Shown here: piece after piece, positions 37,791 to 52,199 of the stretch
Layout of the letters: each line of letters begins with the position of its first letter
How positions within the stretch are numbered: position 1 is the stretch's first letter
Source: Octopus sinensis
Lineage: Eukaryota
Assembly (NCBI RefSeq): GCF_006345805.1
Contig: NC_042997.1
Location: forward strand, 7,564,001 to 7,628,000
Reading direction: 5' to 3'
DNA length: 64,000 nucleotides
Translations under genes and position numbers: made by a program
The notes under the pieces: model-generated
Database searches by the model: none
What the model was told of the DNA's origin: nothing
Seen by the model: the letters and a program-made list of their open reading frames with translations, nothing else

Positions 37791-38721
37791 GAAGAAAGCT
37801 ATACGCCAATTATGTTTATGCATGAACACAAGTAAGTGGTAATTGGAATGGAATGATGTTTATTGATATCTTGTGTAATTGAGCTAACAGAATCAGGTGA
37901 TAGGTGTATGCATGGAGTGTAGAGGGAGATGTATTATTGACAACAGATAAGGAATATGATGTAGTTCATTTCTAGTTATTCGTGTGTGAAGTGTGGCGGT
38001 GTGCTAACATAGTATAACTTGAAAATAAGTAATTCGTTACATATGACAATTTGGAAAAGATCAGCAAATATTTGTTCGATCAGATGCGTCAGATTACTTG
38101 CTAATTACAAAGCAAGATATAAGCTACCTACCTAAACGCATGCTGGAATAAGTAAATCTACAAAAAAGAACGGGAAATAATCCTCAAAATAACAACCAAA
38201 TAAATCTGAAATAATGCAAAAAATTTCAGTGAGCATAGTGCGTAGTCCTACATCATACGAGATTAACTGCATCAAAATAAGGAAAACCTCTTTGAATATG
38301 TGTAACACAATTCTCACGATATAGCTTTTTTATTTCTTTTCTAAACTGAATGCTAGTAGGTCATGCAACTGTCGGAATTCTCTCATTAATAACGCGCTGT
38401 ATTGGTTTTCAGAGTCAAGAATAAAATTTACCATTTCATCTTTACCAGAGAATCATTTTTATATGTCTATATCCCACTTCAATTAGATCGACAATAGCAC
38501 TTGAAGAATGGAGTTCTGATTGCGTTTAATGCCTTGATTATACCTTTGAGTATGAATGATACTTGCAAGTAGTATGAATGATGCATACGCACACGCATAT
38601 AAATTTGTATATAAATATATTAGGACGTGTTTGTGCTAATTGTTGTATATAGTACTGAATATTTTGGTGATTTATATGAACACGCACACACAACGTACAA
38701 ACGCACAAATATACACACTCC

Positions 38722-38791
<70 letters not shown>

Positions 38792-38848
38792 TCATTTATA
38801 TATGGCTGTATGTACGTACATATACGTACGTTCATATCTATAGATGTA

Positions 38849-38900
<52 letters not shown>

Positions 38901-38940
38901 TATATATATATATATATACATATATATACATGTATGTATG

Positions 38941-39029
<89 letters not shown>

Positions 39030-39844
39030 CAAAGAGAGTGAGAGAGAGAGAGGGACGCATGTCTATGCATCGATGTGACTTCGTTTAACGATTATTTTGT
39101 TTGCATCTATGATTTTGAGCTAGCAAATCTATTGATATATGATCAGTATATCTGTTCTTTATAGTTAGATCCATTCATTCGTTTGGTGGCACATATCAAT
39201 CATAATAAACTATACTTTCCAATTGAAAGCAATTTCAAATTTATCTTAATAAGTACAATCAGGTCCGAATGTGTGGGCATGAACTCTAGTATTTTTTACT
39301 TTCTCAGACATATAATCACTATCGCACCAGTCGAAAACAAAGCGCATGTACTAGTAACCAAGTTCTTACAAATATTCATGAAAAGAAGCCATGCTGTAAT
39401 ACATATTCTTTGTCACAGCATAAGGTGGCTTCCGAGATATATTATAAATACATATACCGTGTGGTTGCGTCTGCAATATATTTTTTTTTACGAATAGCAA
39501 AGTTACACTAGCAATGGGAACTTACATTCTTGTATCCCTAGAATTGCATTCGTCTATGTTAACGCTTCTCATTCTCATAAAAAGCATATGTGTGTGTGTG
39601 TATGCATGTATTTATGTATGTATGACATTATTCAGTTTATTTCAAGATTTCTAACCTTGATCCAAGGTTGTTTCATTTGAATATCAACATCAATAACAGA
39701 ATAATTTTGTATGTATGTATGTATGTATGAATGTATGTATGTATGTATGTATGTATGTATGGATGTATACATGTATGTATGCATGTGCAGAGTTATGTAT
39801 TCTCATGCATACTGTTACATATCTAGACATGGTCATACTTTTAC

Positions 39845-40330
39845 AAATATGTTATATTTCCAGTGATAGACTGGATCTGTACCCTCCGAATTAGCTTTCT
39901 CTTTTCTTGTTTTGAGAAGTGTAATTTCTTCAGATTTGTATTTAGGCGGTGTGTTACATATTCCAGGGCCCGAATAATTACAGGTACAAACTTGAACTTG
40001 TAATCTGGATAGAGTAACTGCAGATTTCTCAATAGTTCAGCATAGGTGTTCTCTTTTTCACTGATCTACAGCTTCATGCTAACGTCCGCTGAGCAACTAA
40101 TTTCCACAACTCTGCACAGTTTCCCTTCTCTATCCCAAATCATTATTGAGGTCTTCAATAGTACATTCCACCAGTATTCCTTTTCATTATGAGTGGCTAT
40201 GGCTTCTCGGTATTCGTGATTCTAGAGATGTGGAATCTAAGTAAATGACTAAGACAATTTCGAGAGTTACATATAATCCGGTAGGATCCAGCCCGTCTTG
40301 ATGTATGTGTTCGTAGTAATATTCGGTTTG
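39845..40330 (-). mobile_element. RLE-domain 3' fragment of an R4-like LINE, subfamily E
   Basis: EYWWNV..IMIWDREGKLCRVVEISCSAD..EKENTYAELLRNLQLLYPDYKFKFVPVII.AL across frameshifts. Confidence 0.8.
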
Positions 40331-40439
40331 AAAAAGCACATTGGCACTTTTCGTTTCATGGAATAAAAGATCTACTGTTTATATGGGATCAAATTTGCAT
40401 GGAGAATTTTCTCTTCTAATTTTTAAAAGCTTTCTATCA

Positions 40440-40640
40440 TTAATTATCATGCAATCGTGTCATTCCGTCAGTTACGATGACGATGGTTCCAATTGATCCG
40501 ATCAATGGAACAGCCAGCGCGGGAGATTAACGTGCAAGTAGCTGAGCATTCCAGAGACACATGTATCCTTAACGTAGTTCTCGAAGAGATTCAGCGTAAC
40601 ACAGTATGAGACATCTGGTCGTTCTAAATACAGATACAAG
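40440..40640 (+). mobile_element. SINE-like interspersed repeat fragment
   Basis: GGTTCCAATTGATCCGATCAATGGAACAGCC...GAAATTAACGTGCAAGT-type sequence recognised as an octopus SINE body. Recognition only; no second copy in the window. Confidence 0.45.
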
Positions 40641-40860
40641 AGAAACACGAAGAAAGAGTGAGAGAAAGTTGTGGTGAAAGTGAACAGCAGGGTTCGCTGC
40701 TACCCTCTGCTGGAGCCTCATTAAGCTTTGGGTGTTTTCGCTCAATAAACACACACAACACCCGGTCTGGGAATCGATATTTACGAATTTTGACAAGAAT
40801 GCAGTTGGTATCTAAAAATCCATATTTCACGCGATATCATTAATTTGGAATTTGCAATTC

Positions 40861-40914
<54 letters not shown>

Positions 40915-40916
40915 CT

Positions 40917-40957
40917 TACACTGAAGATGAATGACCACACAGAAACCCGGGTGTGTA
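40917..40957 (+). ncRNA. Degenerate minimal type I hammerhead ribozyme motif (Penelope-like)
   Basis: TACA-CTGAAGA-TG..CA-GAAA-C-CCGG-G-T-G-TGTA. Stem I is TACA/TGTA and the stem III loop is palindromic. The cleavage triplet is GUG and stem II is only 2 bp, so it is probably inactive. Confidence 0.4.
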
Positions 40958-41195
40958 TGTATCACATATGGCTTGCGTTAGGTGCGATTTCCTCCCTGGT
41001 AAATACTAATTGAAGACAGACTGTGTGTCTTCCTGGGGCTAAGAATACCACTAACATCGTCCACTATAGAACCGCTACATTTAGTTGGCAAATATAATTT
41101 ACGATACTGTGCTCTTTACTGTTCGTCTCTAACTCAGAGATTTTATATAGCTTATCTCTCTTTTTACGAGATGAGCGGCAGTGTCGCTAAGAAAA

Positions 41196-41235
<40 letters not shown>

Positions 41236-41237
<2 letters not shown>

Positions 41238-41420
41238 CCCCTAGCATTGCTTGACAACCAATGCTGGTGTGTTTACGTCTCCGTCACATAGCGGTTCGGC
41301 AAAAAGAGACTGATAATATAAGTACTGGACTTACAAAGAATAAGTCCCGGGGTCGATTTGCTCGGCTAAAGGCGGTGCTCCAGCATGGCCGCAGTCAAAT
41401 AACGGAAACAATCATAAGAA
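41236..41420 (+). mobile_element. SINE 3' portion; an inverted copy of the same type lies at about 44970-45135
   Basis: GGTGTGTTTACGTC.CCGT.AC.TAGC..TT.GGCAAAAG...GATAA...GTCGATT...CTCCAGCATGGC.GCAGTC is shared with the reverse complement of 44975-45130. Confidence 0.7.
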
Positions 41421-41639
41421 AAAAGAAGAAAAAAGAATATATATATATATATATATTTGTTTATTTATATATACATGTATATGAATGTTCTATGAGATTT
41501 AATTACATATATATTCATGCATATATACATACGCAAGTATATATACATATATGTATAAATGCATACGCACATGTGTATATATTTATACACATACATAGAT
41601 ATATATGCGCATATGCCGTTGGTAATTTTGCTTCTTTCC

Positions 41640-41790
41640 AGTTTTACCTTTTTCTCTTTCTGACAAAGAGCTCTGCTCGAAACGTCAAAAGAGCTCTGCT
41701 CGAAACGTCAAAAGCTCTCTGCTTTTATTGAACGTGAAACTAATACTTGCCTTGTGCACACCCTATTTTTGTTTGTTTTATTTTGAATGT
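41640..41790 (+). mobile_element. Penelope-type repeat end with a minimal hammerhead motif and a 23 bp tandem duplication
   Basis: TTT-CTGACAA-A-GAGC-TCT-GCTC-GAAA-CG-T-C-AAA at 41657-41689. GAGCTCTGCTCGAAACGTCAAAA is repeated at 41668 and 41691. Confidence 0.6.
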
Positions 41791-41808
41791 TACTGTACTT
41801 TTATTTTA

Positions 41809-41849
<41 letters not shown>

Positions 41850-42927
41850 TAAAGATACGTATAAACTTTTTACTGGAGAGGAAAATTAATAAGAATATTA
41901 AGCAAAATGCTAAAAGAATAAATATTTAAAGCCAATACTTTGCAACACTTATTATTTCTGATATACCATATATTGACACTGTAAGGTTATATCCAAAAAT
42001 GAACCAAGTTCGTTTCAGATATTTGTTCAGAAATTCTGAGTTCACCTTAGAGTGAAATGTTTATAATAAACGAATTTATACCATATGATACACAATGAAA
42101 AGCAAATACTCACACACACACATACACACAAACAATCGCATGCAAATATATAACTTAAACTAATATTATGTATGTTTTTGTCTTGGAATAGGGTGTAATA
42201 GGAATAAATTTTATTTTTATTATATTCAGTTCCTACATCCTAAATCCTTTTGATGGCTATATAAATGCCCCTTAAAACCGTATTATTTTCTAAATATGAT
42301 AAACCATATTTATATATTAAGAGGAAACAAAGTCAATTGCATGAGCAAATGATATTTAGAACAGTTAAACATCATCAGATAAATTTAATGTAAACTACAA
42401 GGGAAGATCTGTAGTATTTTTGTAACAACTGATCTCACGCAATTATATTAATGGGAATTATGTTGACTTTTATTTTGTCAAAATGGGTGTTGAAAACCGA
42501 CGTATTGTGATATGTTAGCACAATAGTGCAGAGAAATATGTTCATGATGGTTAAATCTAATTTCTAATGCATATGCCAACTACAAACATACCATACCTCT
42601 TATAGATAGAGGCTTAAACACAGAGGCCTTTAACAGAATATGTCCAAACATTTATACACAGAAATCAATGCACACATGCACAAACACACACACATATTCA
42701 TGCACTCACGTCTAGAAACAAGTCTACGTATGTGTTAGTAAATACGTTTTAATATGGACATTTTTATAAAATGTGTTATACATATACTTAAGAACCATTC
42801 ATTTCATTTGAATACATTATGAAAGCTGCTTCGAACTTTCTAAACCAATATGAAATATTTAGATGTAAGCGTATATGCATATGCATGTGCAGAGACACAC
42901 ATATATGTATGTATGTATATATATATA

Positions 42928-42934
<7 letters not shown>

Positions 42935-42959
<25 letters not shown>

Positions 42960-43068
42960 AGGAGATGTATTATATATTTTCATATATACACGCATAAATA
43001 TACATGTAAACATCTATACAAATATATTTCTATACATATATATGCATATAGTTATGTAAGTATGTGTG

Positions 43069-43099
<31 letters not shown>

Positions 43100-43215
43100 A
43101 GGAGATGTATTATATATTTTCATATATACACGCATAAATATACATGTAAACATCTATACAAATATATTTCTATACATATATATGCATATAGTTATGTAAG
43201 TATGTGTGTGTGTGT
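42935..43215. repeat. Near-exact tandem duplication, period 138 bp
   Basis: GTAGAGAGAGAGAGAGAAGGAGATGTATT...GTTATGTAAGTATGTGTG starts at 42943 and again at 43081. Confidence 0.9.
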
Positions 43216-43219
43216 GTGC

Positions 43220-43261
<42 letters not shown>

Positions 43262-43639
43262 CACTGTGAATGGTTCTGTTAAGCAGTGCCATTTCAAGAA
43301 TTCTGTAAAAATAATAATAATAATAATAGTATTTTAGATGCTAAAGCATATAGAGATCACCGCACAATCGCACAATGACTAAGGGAAAATCGAGAGAGGA
43401 AATATGTTTTCCGTACGCGTCGGAAAACCTACTTTTTCTGACGAGGGCTGATATATCCCATTATTAGACTGTTTTTCTTTAGTTATTGCGCCGTAGTCAC
43501 TATAAGTTTTATGCATATAAAATATTATTATTATTATTTACAGATATATATGTATGTGTTTTATTTGCCAAGTACACATGTACAATCTTCTCATTGAATT
43601 GATACAGTTTCCGCTTGTTCCTCTGAAGAATAGATTTTA

Positions 43640-44620
43640 CCAATGCTACATGGGAAATATCTGTATCAGCTCTTATCTCATATCTCTCCTGTAGGTCTTT
43701 AGCTATCATGATTATGTTTATTTTATGGGTGGGAACGTAGGGAACATATTTACATGTTTCTTTCCTCTGCTGCATTTTGTGTGTCACATTAGATGCTTCA
43801 GATGACATGAAGTCCAATTTTAAGCCAAACGTAGACACTGCGAACAAAGTTACTGTGAGCAATATGCTTGTTGTAAGCCGAATATTCTAATAACCAAATT
43901 TTCTATACACCTTTGAGGTATTATTGGTTGTCTCATTATTCATGGGTCCATTATATCTCACGTTTTTATCATATCCAAAATAGTTACGTGTCGCCTGTTT
44001 GTAGAGGTTGTGTTGTCGTTTGTAGGTCTTCAGACGAAAGCAGTAGTTTTATACGTTTTAATTATCAACATGGACACTTGGACGCACCAAACTTTATTCC
44101 AACATCTGTAGAATGTTGGGTTATGAGTTTCAATTTTCCTGTTTTGATATGGCCTGTATCCGTCCCTTAGGCTTCAGGTCGTCGACAAAAAAAGGATATG
44201 ATATACTTCTGGATCCATTTCTATGGTCACTAGATGTTGTGATCAGATATGAGAGTTGGTTTAACGAGTGTAAGATGAGCAACCCATTGGTAGAGAATAC
44301 TATCCGACTGAATATTTTTATCACTGTTAATGACTAAATTGAAGTAATATGTTTTGATCAGGTTTTCCATGGCACTGACTAGAGGATGTGTTGACTTTGG
44401 GTAACTGTAGAATCTTGATAATCCAGCCTTGTAGCATGCTATTTACATCTCATGATGCCTTTTGCTTCTCGATCTAAATGTTTCCAGAAAACATTTAATA
44501 TAATTCTATGTAGGAGTTAGAGGAATGTTATAACCTTTGCCTAAAACCGAAATTTTGGGGTTCAAACTTTATACATGCTTCATATAAGTCCTTGTTAAAA
44601 TCGTAGATCCATTTTATAGA
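43640..44620 (-). mobile_element. Degenerate RT fragment of an R4-like LINE, likely subfamily E
   Basis: Minus frames give GWIIKILQLPKV, IFSRIVF/IF-DS equivalent, SISYPFFVDDLK, STDVGIKFGASKC and YFGYD...AYNKHIAH. Confidence 0.75.
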
Positions 44621-45178
44621 GTGATTTTAGTAACGTCTCGATTGAAAGTTATGCGTTTAACTATGATTATTTTATTTATTCACTGATATTTATATATGTT
44701 TTTCAAAACAAGCAATGATCTTCTTTAAAGGTTTAAACAAGGTTAGACTGGTCCACTGCTTGGGTAATCTTTCCTTTCAGTCTTTCTTTTTATTCTGCAA
44801 TTTTATTTAAATGTGCATATTGAACAGTGATTCTTTATTCGTGAATTGATTTGAAATGTGGCTTGACTTATTTTTTTCCGTGTATAATGTTACCGTACTG
44901 TGTTTATATAGATACGTTAAGATATATGTATCCATTATAAAAATATGGGGCATTATCCTTTATTTTTTACTTGTTTCCGACTGCAGCCATACTGGGGCAT
45001 CATCTTGAAGAAGAATTTTTAGTCGAATTAATCGAGATCAGTTGCTTTTTTTAGTCTGGTGATTGTTTTATCTGTCCTTTTGCCAAACTGTTAAGTTACG
45101 GGGACGTAAACACACCAACGCCAGTTATCTAGCACTGCTAAGGGTCAACTACAAAGACCCACACATATTAATGTACAC

Positions 45179-45189
45179 ACAAACACACA

Positions 45190-45268
<79 letters not shown>

Positions 45269-45303
45269 TTATCTATCTAGCTAGCTAGCTATCTATCTAT
45301 CTA
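45179..45303. repeat. (TCTA)n tetranucleotide tract, flanked by SINE fragments (44970-45135 and 45305-45440, both minus)
   Basis: The tract is read directly; the SINE assignment is by similarity to other copies and recognition. Confidence 0.8.
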
Positions 45304-45568
45304 AACCAACTAAATCCACTCACAAGGCTTCGGTCGACCTGAGACTATAGTAGTAGCCCCATGCCCAATACGCAACGCAGCTGGACTGAATACGTAACCA
45401 TGTAGTTGGGTATGAAACATCTTACAATACAATCACGCGAAAACAATTATGTAGAAATATTCAGAGATAATTATACCGCACTCTATAGCTCGATGTTTCC
45501 AATATTTCTTATTTCATCTTTACATCAGCAATAATTACACACGTCCGATACCACAATAGTCGCCTATA

Positions 45569-45720
<152 letters not shown>

Positions 45721-47892
45721 TTATGTATGAATGTACGTATGTACATACGTGAGTATGACGGTATGCATGCTTTTTGCACAGAAATACTGGAATATGTTTA
45801 CTATCTGGCGTTTGAGGGAAGCAATGTGAAGAATTTATCAACAATAGTTTCTTGTTTTAATATAATAAAGTATGTTACTTCCTTTCTAATTGAGTCGTAA
45901 ACAGACATAACCTTAGCCTGATGCGATTTCCGTGATTTTCAAGAAATAGGGAACTTGGAAACAATTTGTTTTTGATATGCATGTATATAGAACCTGGAAC
46001 GCTGAATTGAAACTTTTCAGTAATATAGAATTATAGTTGCTTTGCAATTTTGCAGGTATAAACTTAAATATTTATGAGATCATGTTTAAGGACAATTGAG
46101 AACATCAGTATTGTTGCATAAGATGGTGATAAATGCAATTACATATAATTAGGGGTAAATTTGTCATGGCAATGTAAATTGTGATGAGACAAATTCACTT
46201 TAGATCTAAATGTCAATCTTTTATCTATTCAAATGCATTCTTCTTCAGAAATGTTTAATTTCTACTCATGATGTCATGACCTTATTAATGCAATGCTTCT
46301 ACACACATATTAGTAAACAATGGCCGGTGAACTCAACCAAGGCATATGATTACTGATGCATAACTACAGAATTATATGTGTAGCAACACGGCGATAAAGG
46401 CAGTGTCACGAGGAAGAGGGTGAATGATCAATAATTCATTACTGCACTATGGCATTCTATTGTAACTCATACATCTATCATTAATGAAATCCCGTTCCTT
46501 CCTAGGGTAAAAATGTAACACGTAGTAGCAGTGTATATCAGAATAGAGAAGGAAGGCATTCGGGATTTATTAGTATTTAAGAAGTCTGCGATATCTTATG
46601 AATTATGGCCAAATGATTTAAGAGACACTGCTACTACGATTTTGGCATAGAAATAGTTGTAAGAAGTTTGTTTGAGGTAAATTCCCAATGAAAGTTTGTT
46701 ACCAGACGACCGGTAGCAAGCTATTAAATATGTAAATTATGAATGTTATCTTATATCACATGTGAAACTAATATGTAAATAATGAAATTCTGACTAATTA
46801 TAATAAAGCAACAATCGGGCATTTCTTTTCACTACAACTTTCGGTATGTGTGATATATCTTCTCAATCGCTTTCTTTTTTCTCCCTCTGCTTCTTTCTTT
46901 TTCTCTGTGTACATGTGCGCACACAAACACGCACACACACACGCACACATATATATATATACACATATCTATATTTATATATGTATAGGTGGGAGTAAGT
47001 GTATATGTCTTTTTGCACATGTAGAGGCAATGGGCAGAGCCTAAAAACTGTTTACTTATATTCATAAAAGAAGAGGGTTACAGAAACAATATATATTTAT
47101 AATTCGATGCATGGCCCGCACAATGATATTAATTTCGTTGTCCTCTTTTCAGCAGTAGAATATATTAACAAACGAAACTAATTATCATTAATGCATGCAG
47201 GTCTATTTAAAGGATGCTGAGTTAAAGTTAATTCAATGGTTAGTGTATAACGAGATTAGAAATAATAGACCACAATGCATCAGAGCGTGTCGTTTCATTC
47301 CAGATGAAGCATTTATCAAAGAATCCATTGACATCTAGTTATGAACCGTATATTTCTAACGAGAGAGATGAACGTTCTATGTTGTTGGCTGTATAAAATG
47401 TGAGATTTACCGAACACAAGTTCGCAATAACAAATGCAGAAATAAATATTTTTCGGTGTTATAAAATCTTATATGACTGTGATATAAAATGCGACAATCT
47501 GAATCTTAGGAGCTTTATTAATATTACGCGCAAAGATGAGCTAATCATAGTTTTATAATTTGATTTTAGAAAAAAATATCTCATATATCTGAATAGCTGA
47601 TTTACATGCACTGATATGAATATAAAATCGTAGTAGGTGTCGCTAATCCTGAGATTTAGTAGATGGTAAATTATTGCTCATGACATTCCATATTTTGTCG
47701 ACGTTTAAACGTAACAGCAGTATGAATGCTGAAAAAGTTTACATATTACGAGGAGGATTTGTGGGATTTAAGAATATGATCACCTTCACTGATACCTCTA
47801 ACTCTTCTTCATAGGCACACACACTCACGGACACATATATAGGTAGGGAGAGAGGAAGAAACTAAAAGCTATGTACATAAAAAAATATGCGC

Positions 47893-47924
<32 letters not shown>

Positions 47925-49283
47925 ATCTGTATATATCTATGTTTATATGTATATTTACAGAAAAAGGCAGTGAATGAGACAAAGTGGTGATGAGTTATAC
48001 ATTTCTCATGAAGCAAAGTTTTCATTTATTGAAGTATATTGACGAAACTTCACAGAAGGATCAATATGCATCGCACATAACAGAAAAGCGTCAAATATTC
48101 CGCCCTTCGGGTCCCATGAAAGCAAAGGGGTTAAAATCAATAAAGGGAAACTTGAGAGAAATGCAAACTTGTATGGTGTGTAGGAGATTTTAGTGCGATC
48201 TTCCAGTGTAGCTTTCCAGTTCTTTATGCCGAACTCCATTTAACTTCTCTAGTCTTTCTTTTGTCGCCCTCAACTTATGATCGTTTGACATTGGATATAT
48301 ATTTATGTTGTTGTTTGAACGGAAGATTCGATCAATTCACATATAATGCGCATGCTACTGCAAAAACACTTTTTTCTGAGCAAAATATGCATGTATAAAT
48401 CATTGCTTATTTTCTTTGTATCAATTGCAACATGAGAATATGTTATTGAATCATTTTCACAATCACACGCACACACTTATGCACATGCACAAGAATTCGA
48501 AAATTTCTTAAAAAGATGAATGTGGAATGTTTAAAATTGCAATACCTAATACAAATTCACTCTTTCAAGTGGCAGCTGCTCTAGTGTGTGAGACAAATTG
48601 TCCTTCGGCTTATAGCTATACGTATCCATCTCCCTCGTTTAATACCCTCCGAGTTCATTTCATAATCATTCGCTTCATAATATTAGATGCTTGATAATTT
48701 GCCGGCTCAATGTAAGCAAATGTGATCAAAACGATAATATAATGCGGGTTTCTTTCTGTTATATGTGTATATGAAATATCAAATAGGCACAACAATAATG
48801 TGTTGTTTAACAAATTCACAAAATAAAACTACAATACAAAACGATAAATGTGTTCAAATGAAATTGATCGAAGACATGAAAATTTCGTCTGGTGAAAGGA
48901 AACTACTGTTAATTGATACTCTGTTCATTTGAAACGATTGGAATACCATATTACATTAAATAAACTTGCACTCGGAAATAGTCAATTATCGTCAGTTTCT
49001 CGTCTTGAAAAGTAGTCATACATCCCTCAAATTTATCACGTTTCGCAATAGGGATATCACTCCGAAGGTGCCATTTACAATTGTCCTATTCACGCTTGCA
49101 GGCAGAAACATTCCATTTCGTTCCTGTCGATTAAGATATATGATTGTGGTTCAAATACTGAATATTAACTGAAGTTTTGTTGTCCAACTAAAGATCTGCT
49201 TGCTTCCTATATAGCAATACAAAATCCGAAAAACAGCAACTAAAAAATGAGTAGATGTCAGGAATAATAATAATAGTAATAAT

Positions 49284-49478
49284 CATTTTTCTAATGCACA
49301 GCGCCTAAAAGTTTGGAGGAGGGAACAAGTCGATTATATCGACCCGTGCACTCAACTGGTGCTTACTTTATCCATCTCAGAAGAACGAAAGGTAAAGTCG
49401 ACCTCAGTGAAATTCGAACGGCTGAAATGCCTCTAAGCATTTTGCATGGAATGCTAACGATTCTGGCAGCTCACTGCC

Positions 49479-49480
<2 letters not shown>
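49284..49480 (-). mobile_element. tRNA-derived SINE, same family as 25190, embedded in (AAT)n
   Basis: Reverse complement starts AAGGCAGTGAGCTGCCAGAATCGTTAGCA and contains GGTCGACTTTACCTTTCGTTC...GTAAGCACCAGTT. Confidence 0.8.
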
Positions 49481-49536
<56 letters not shown>

Positions 49537-49588
49537 TAATAATAATAATAATAATAATAATATAATAATAATAATAATAATAATAATC

Positions 49589-49638
<50 letters not shown>

Positions 49639-49641
49639 TAA

Positions 49642-50289
49642 TTTTCAAAAACCTGGATTTGTCCCATGAAAAAACTGGTGGGAACACAAACCACTTCCAG
49701 TGCTTGAAAATGACCTCATCGCACTCCTCTTGAACTTTACCATTCAAACTGACAGAAAGATAGATGCAAATAGGCCAGACATCATATTGAAAGACTCAGA
49801 CAAAGAACATGCCTCCTCATTGATATGACTGTCCCAATCGATATAAACGCATCTGTCAAGACCTACCAAAAACTGAGCAAATATAAAGATCTTGAAATAA
49901 AAACCAGCAAAATGTGGAACCTGAAAATTAAAACAATACCTGTTGTCATAGGTCTCCTGGGAATGATAGCAAAAGGGGCTGATTGCTACCTAACTTAGAT
50001 ACCAGGAAACTCAAATATGGCAGAAATTCAAAAGATAGTGCTCATGGGAACTGCTCATATCCTACGCAAAATACTTTCTATGTAATCTCAAGGTTTAAAA
50101 CAAATATAATTTTCGTTTTTTTCTTTTTTTTTAGACATTCACTAGGACAACACCCCCCCCCAAAAAAAAAACAACAAATATATGGCACACTAGGCATAAC
50201 AACAACATGAACTTCCAACCTGTTGTCTCTTGAGGTCTCTGGGTGAGACTTGGAGCCAACTTGTACAAATATAAAGCAAAAGTCAAACG

Positions 50290-50290
<1 letters not shown>
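49642..50290 (+). mobile_element. 3' end of R4/Dong-like LINE, subfamily D, inserted within (AAT)n
   Basis: WWEHKPLPVLEND...IQTDRKIDANRPDIILKD..LLIDMTVP..KLSKYKDLEI...KMWNLK.KTIPVVIG...IQKIVLMGTAHILRKILSM*. (AAT)n lies at 49481-49641 and 50291-50500. Confidence 0.9.
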
Positions 50291-50372
<82 letters not shown>

Positions 50373-50379
50373 CAATAAT

Positions 50380-50755
<376 letters not shown>

Positions 50756-50869
50756 TAGAAAACATAATGGCAATACACAGACGTGGAACTGAGTTTATAC
50801 GTGTAAACAGCAAAACACAACAATTTACAAGGAAAATTACCCAACAGTATATGTTTCACCAACAGGGAG

Positions 50870-51205
50870 GTGAGCCATGGAGAGGTTACCAAAGCTATCT
50901 CACCCCCTTTGGACTCCTAAGATTGAAGCATCTCCGGTAAGGCACCTCACTCCTCCTCACCCCATCCGGCCTACAGGCGCACAGATTTATTAGGCCCATT
51001 CACACGGGTCATCCTTGCTACATTCACCGACATTTGGACAAACTTACTGGTTGATAAGATCTACTTCTCCAGTCTTACTTTGCTTTTCAGGTGGAACTTG
51101 AAAAAGTCAATGAGGCCTTGACCAAAGAGGAAGGTGCCTATCTTCAGCCCTTTCAATCGCATCTACCATATCACCTCTTTCATCATTATCACCAGACAAA
51201 GAAAA
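50870..51205 (-). mobile_element. 3' end of an L1/Tx1-type ORF2 plus UTR
   Basis: Minus frame CLVIMMKEVIW*MRLKGLK...LIDFFKFHLKSKVRLEK...VNVARMTRVNG. The VNVARM terminus is shared with 56250-56640. Confidence 0.7.
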
Positions 51206-52199
51206 AAACTACTCCTTCCCAGCCAAAGGAAGGAGGCGGGGTAATCTTGACGATAAGAAGAAAGAAAGAAAGAAAGAGGGAAAGAAAGAAAGAAAGAAAG
51301 AAAGAGCGATGATGAAGGTGAATAGGAGGAGAATGTTGATGATGATGATGATGATGATGACAGAGTTAACAATAATAAAACTGAGTTCTAACATTGTCTA
51401 ATACAATCCTATTGTACAATATTAAATGAAAGTATAAGAATGAGTTTTTTAAACTTTATTCATTTGCTTATTTATTATACAATAAAAAGTAATTTGGAGA
51501 ATTATATGTATTTTAGAAAATTGACATTATATATAAGAATTAAAGTAAGAATTCAAGTTACCGAAAATAAACTGTACGTTGCTACTGGCATATATATTAG
51601 AAACTAATTCAGGATAATATCCAAAGGCTATATTGAATTTGTTGCTTGTTTATCTTGTGTTATAATACGGGAAATAATCCGCTCATTCGAAAATACATAG
51701 TCAAATATAAGTGGAAGAGTATTTAAAATGTATTTGTGGTTATATTTTTTTTTTTGTTAAATATTTACTCATGCAAAAACAGCAGTGTGTGTATAGTCCA
51801 TGATATTTATATCAATACACAATGTAATTAAACGACATTATCAGCTGCTGAATATTGAAGGTATAATTTTACACTAATGTGATATAAAGCAGGAAATTTA
51901 AATGTCTAAATATTTTTACCTATGTAATGCTATCATTTACAATCATAGCAATTTTCATTGTCCTTCTATCAGTGAAATATCAATAGCATTCTTTAAAAAT
52001 TTTGGTACAAGGAAAATGATTAACTTATTGCATCGACATCAATGGTCAATATAACGACACCAAAATAATGGAATGAAACTAGACGTCGGTTAAACTTGGT
52101 TTCGTAAAATGTGCCGTTTAGAATTTTGGTCGAATTGCTAAAGATTCTCCACCTTGAAAACAGCAATCACAATGTTCCTCCCCTGTTCCCCCTACTCCT

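Noticed and set aside
48100-48136. AAAGGGGTTAA as a piggyBac right end
   Set aside because: No matching TTAACCC left end was found nearby.
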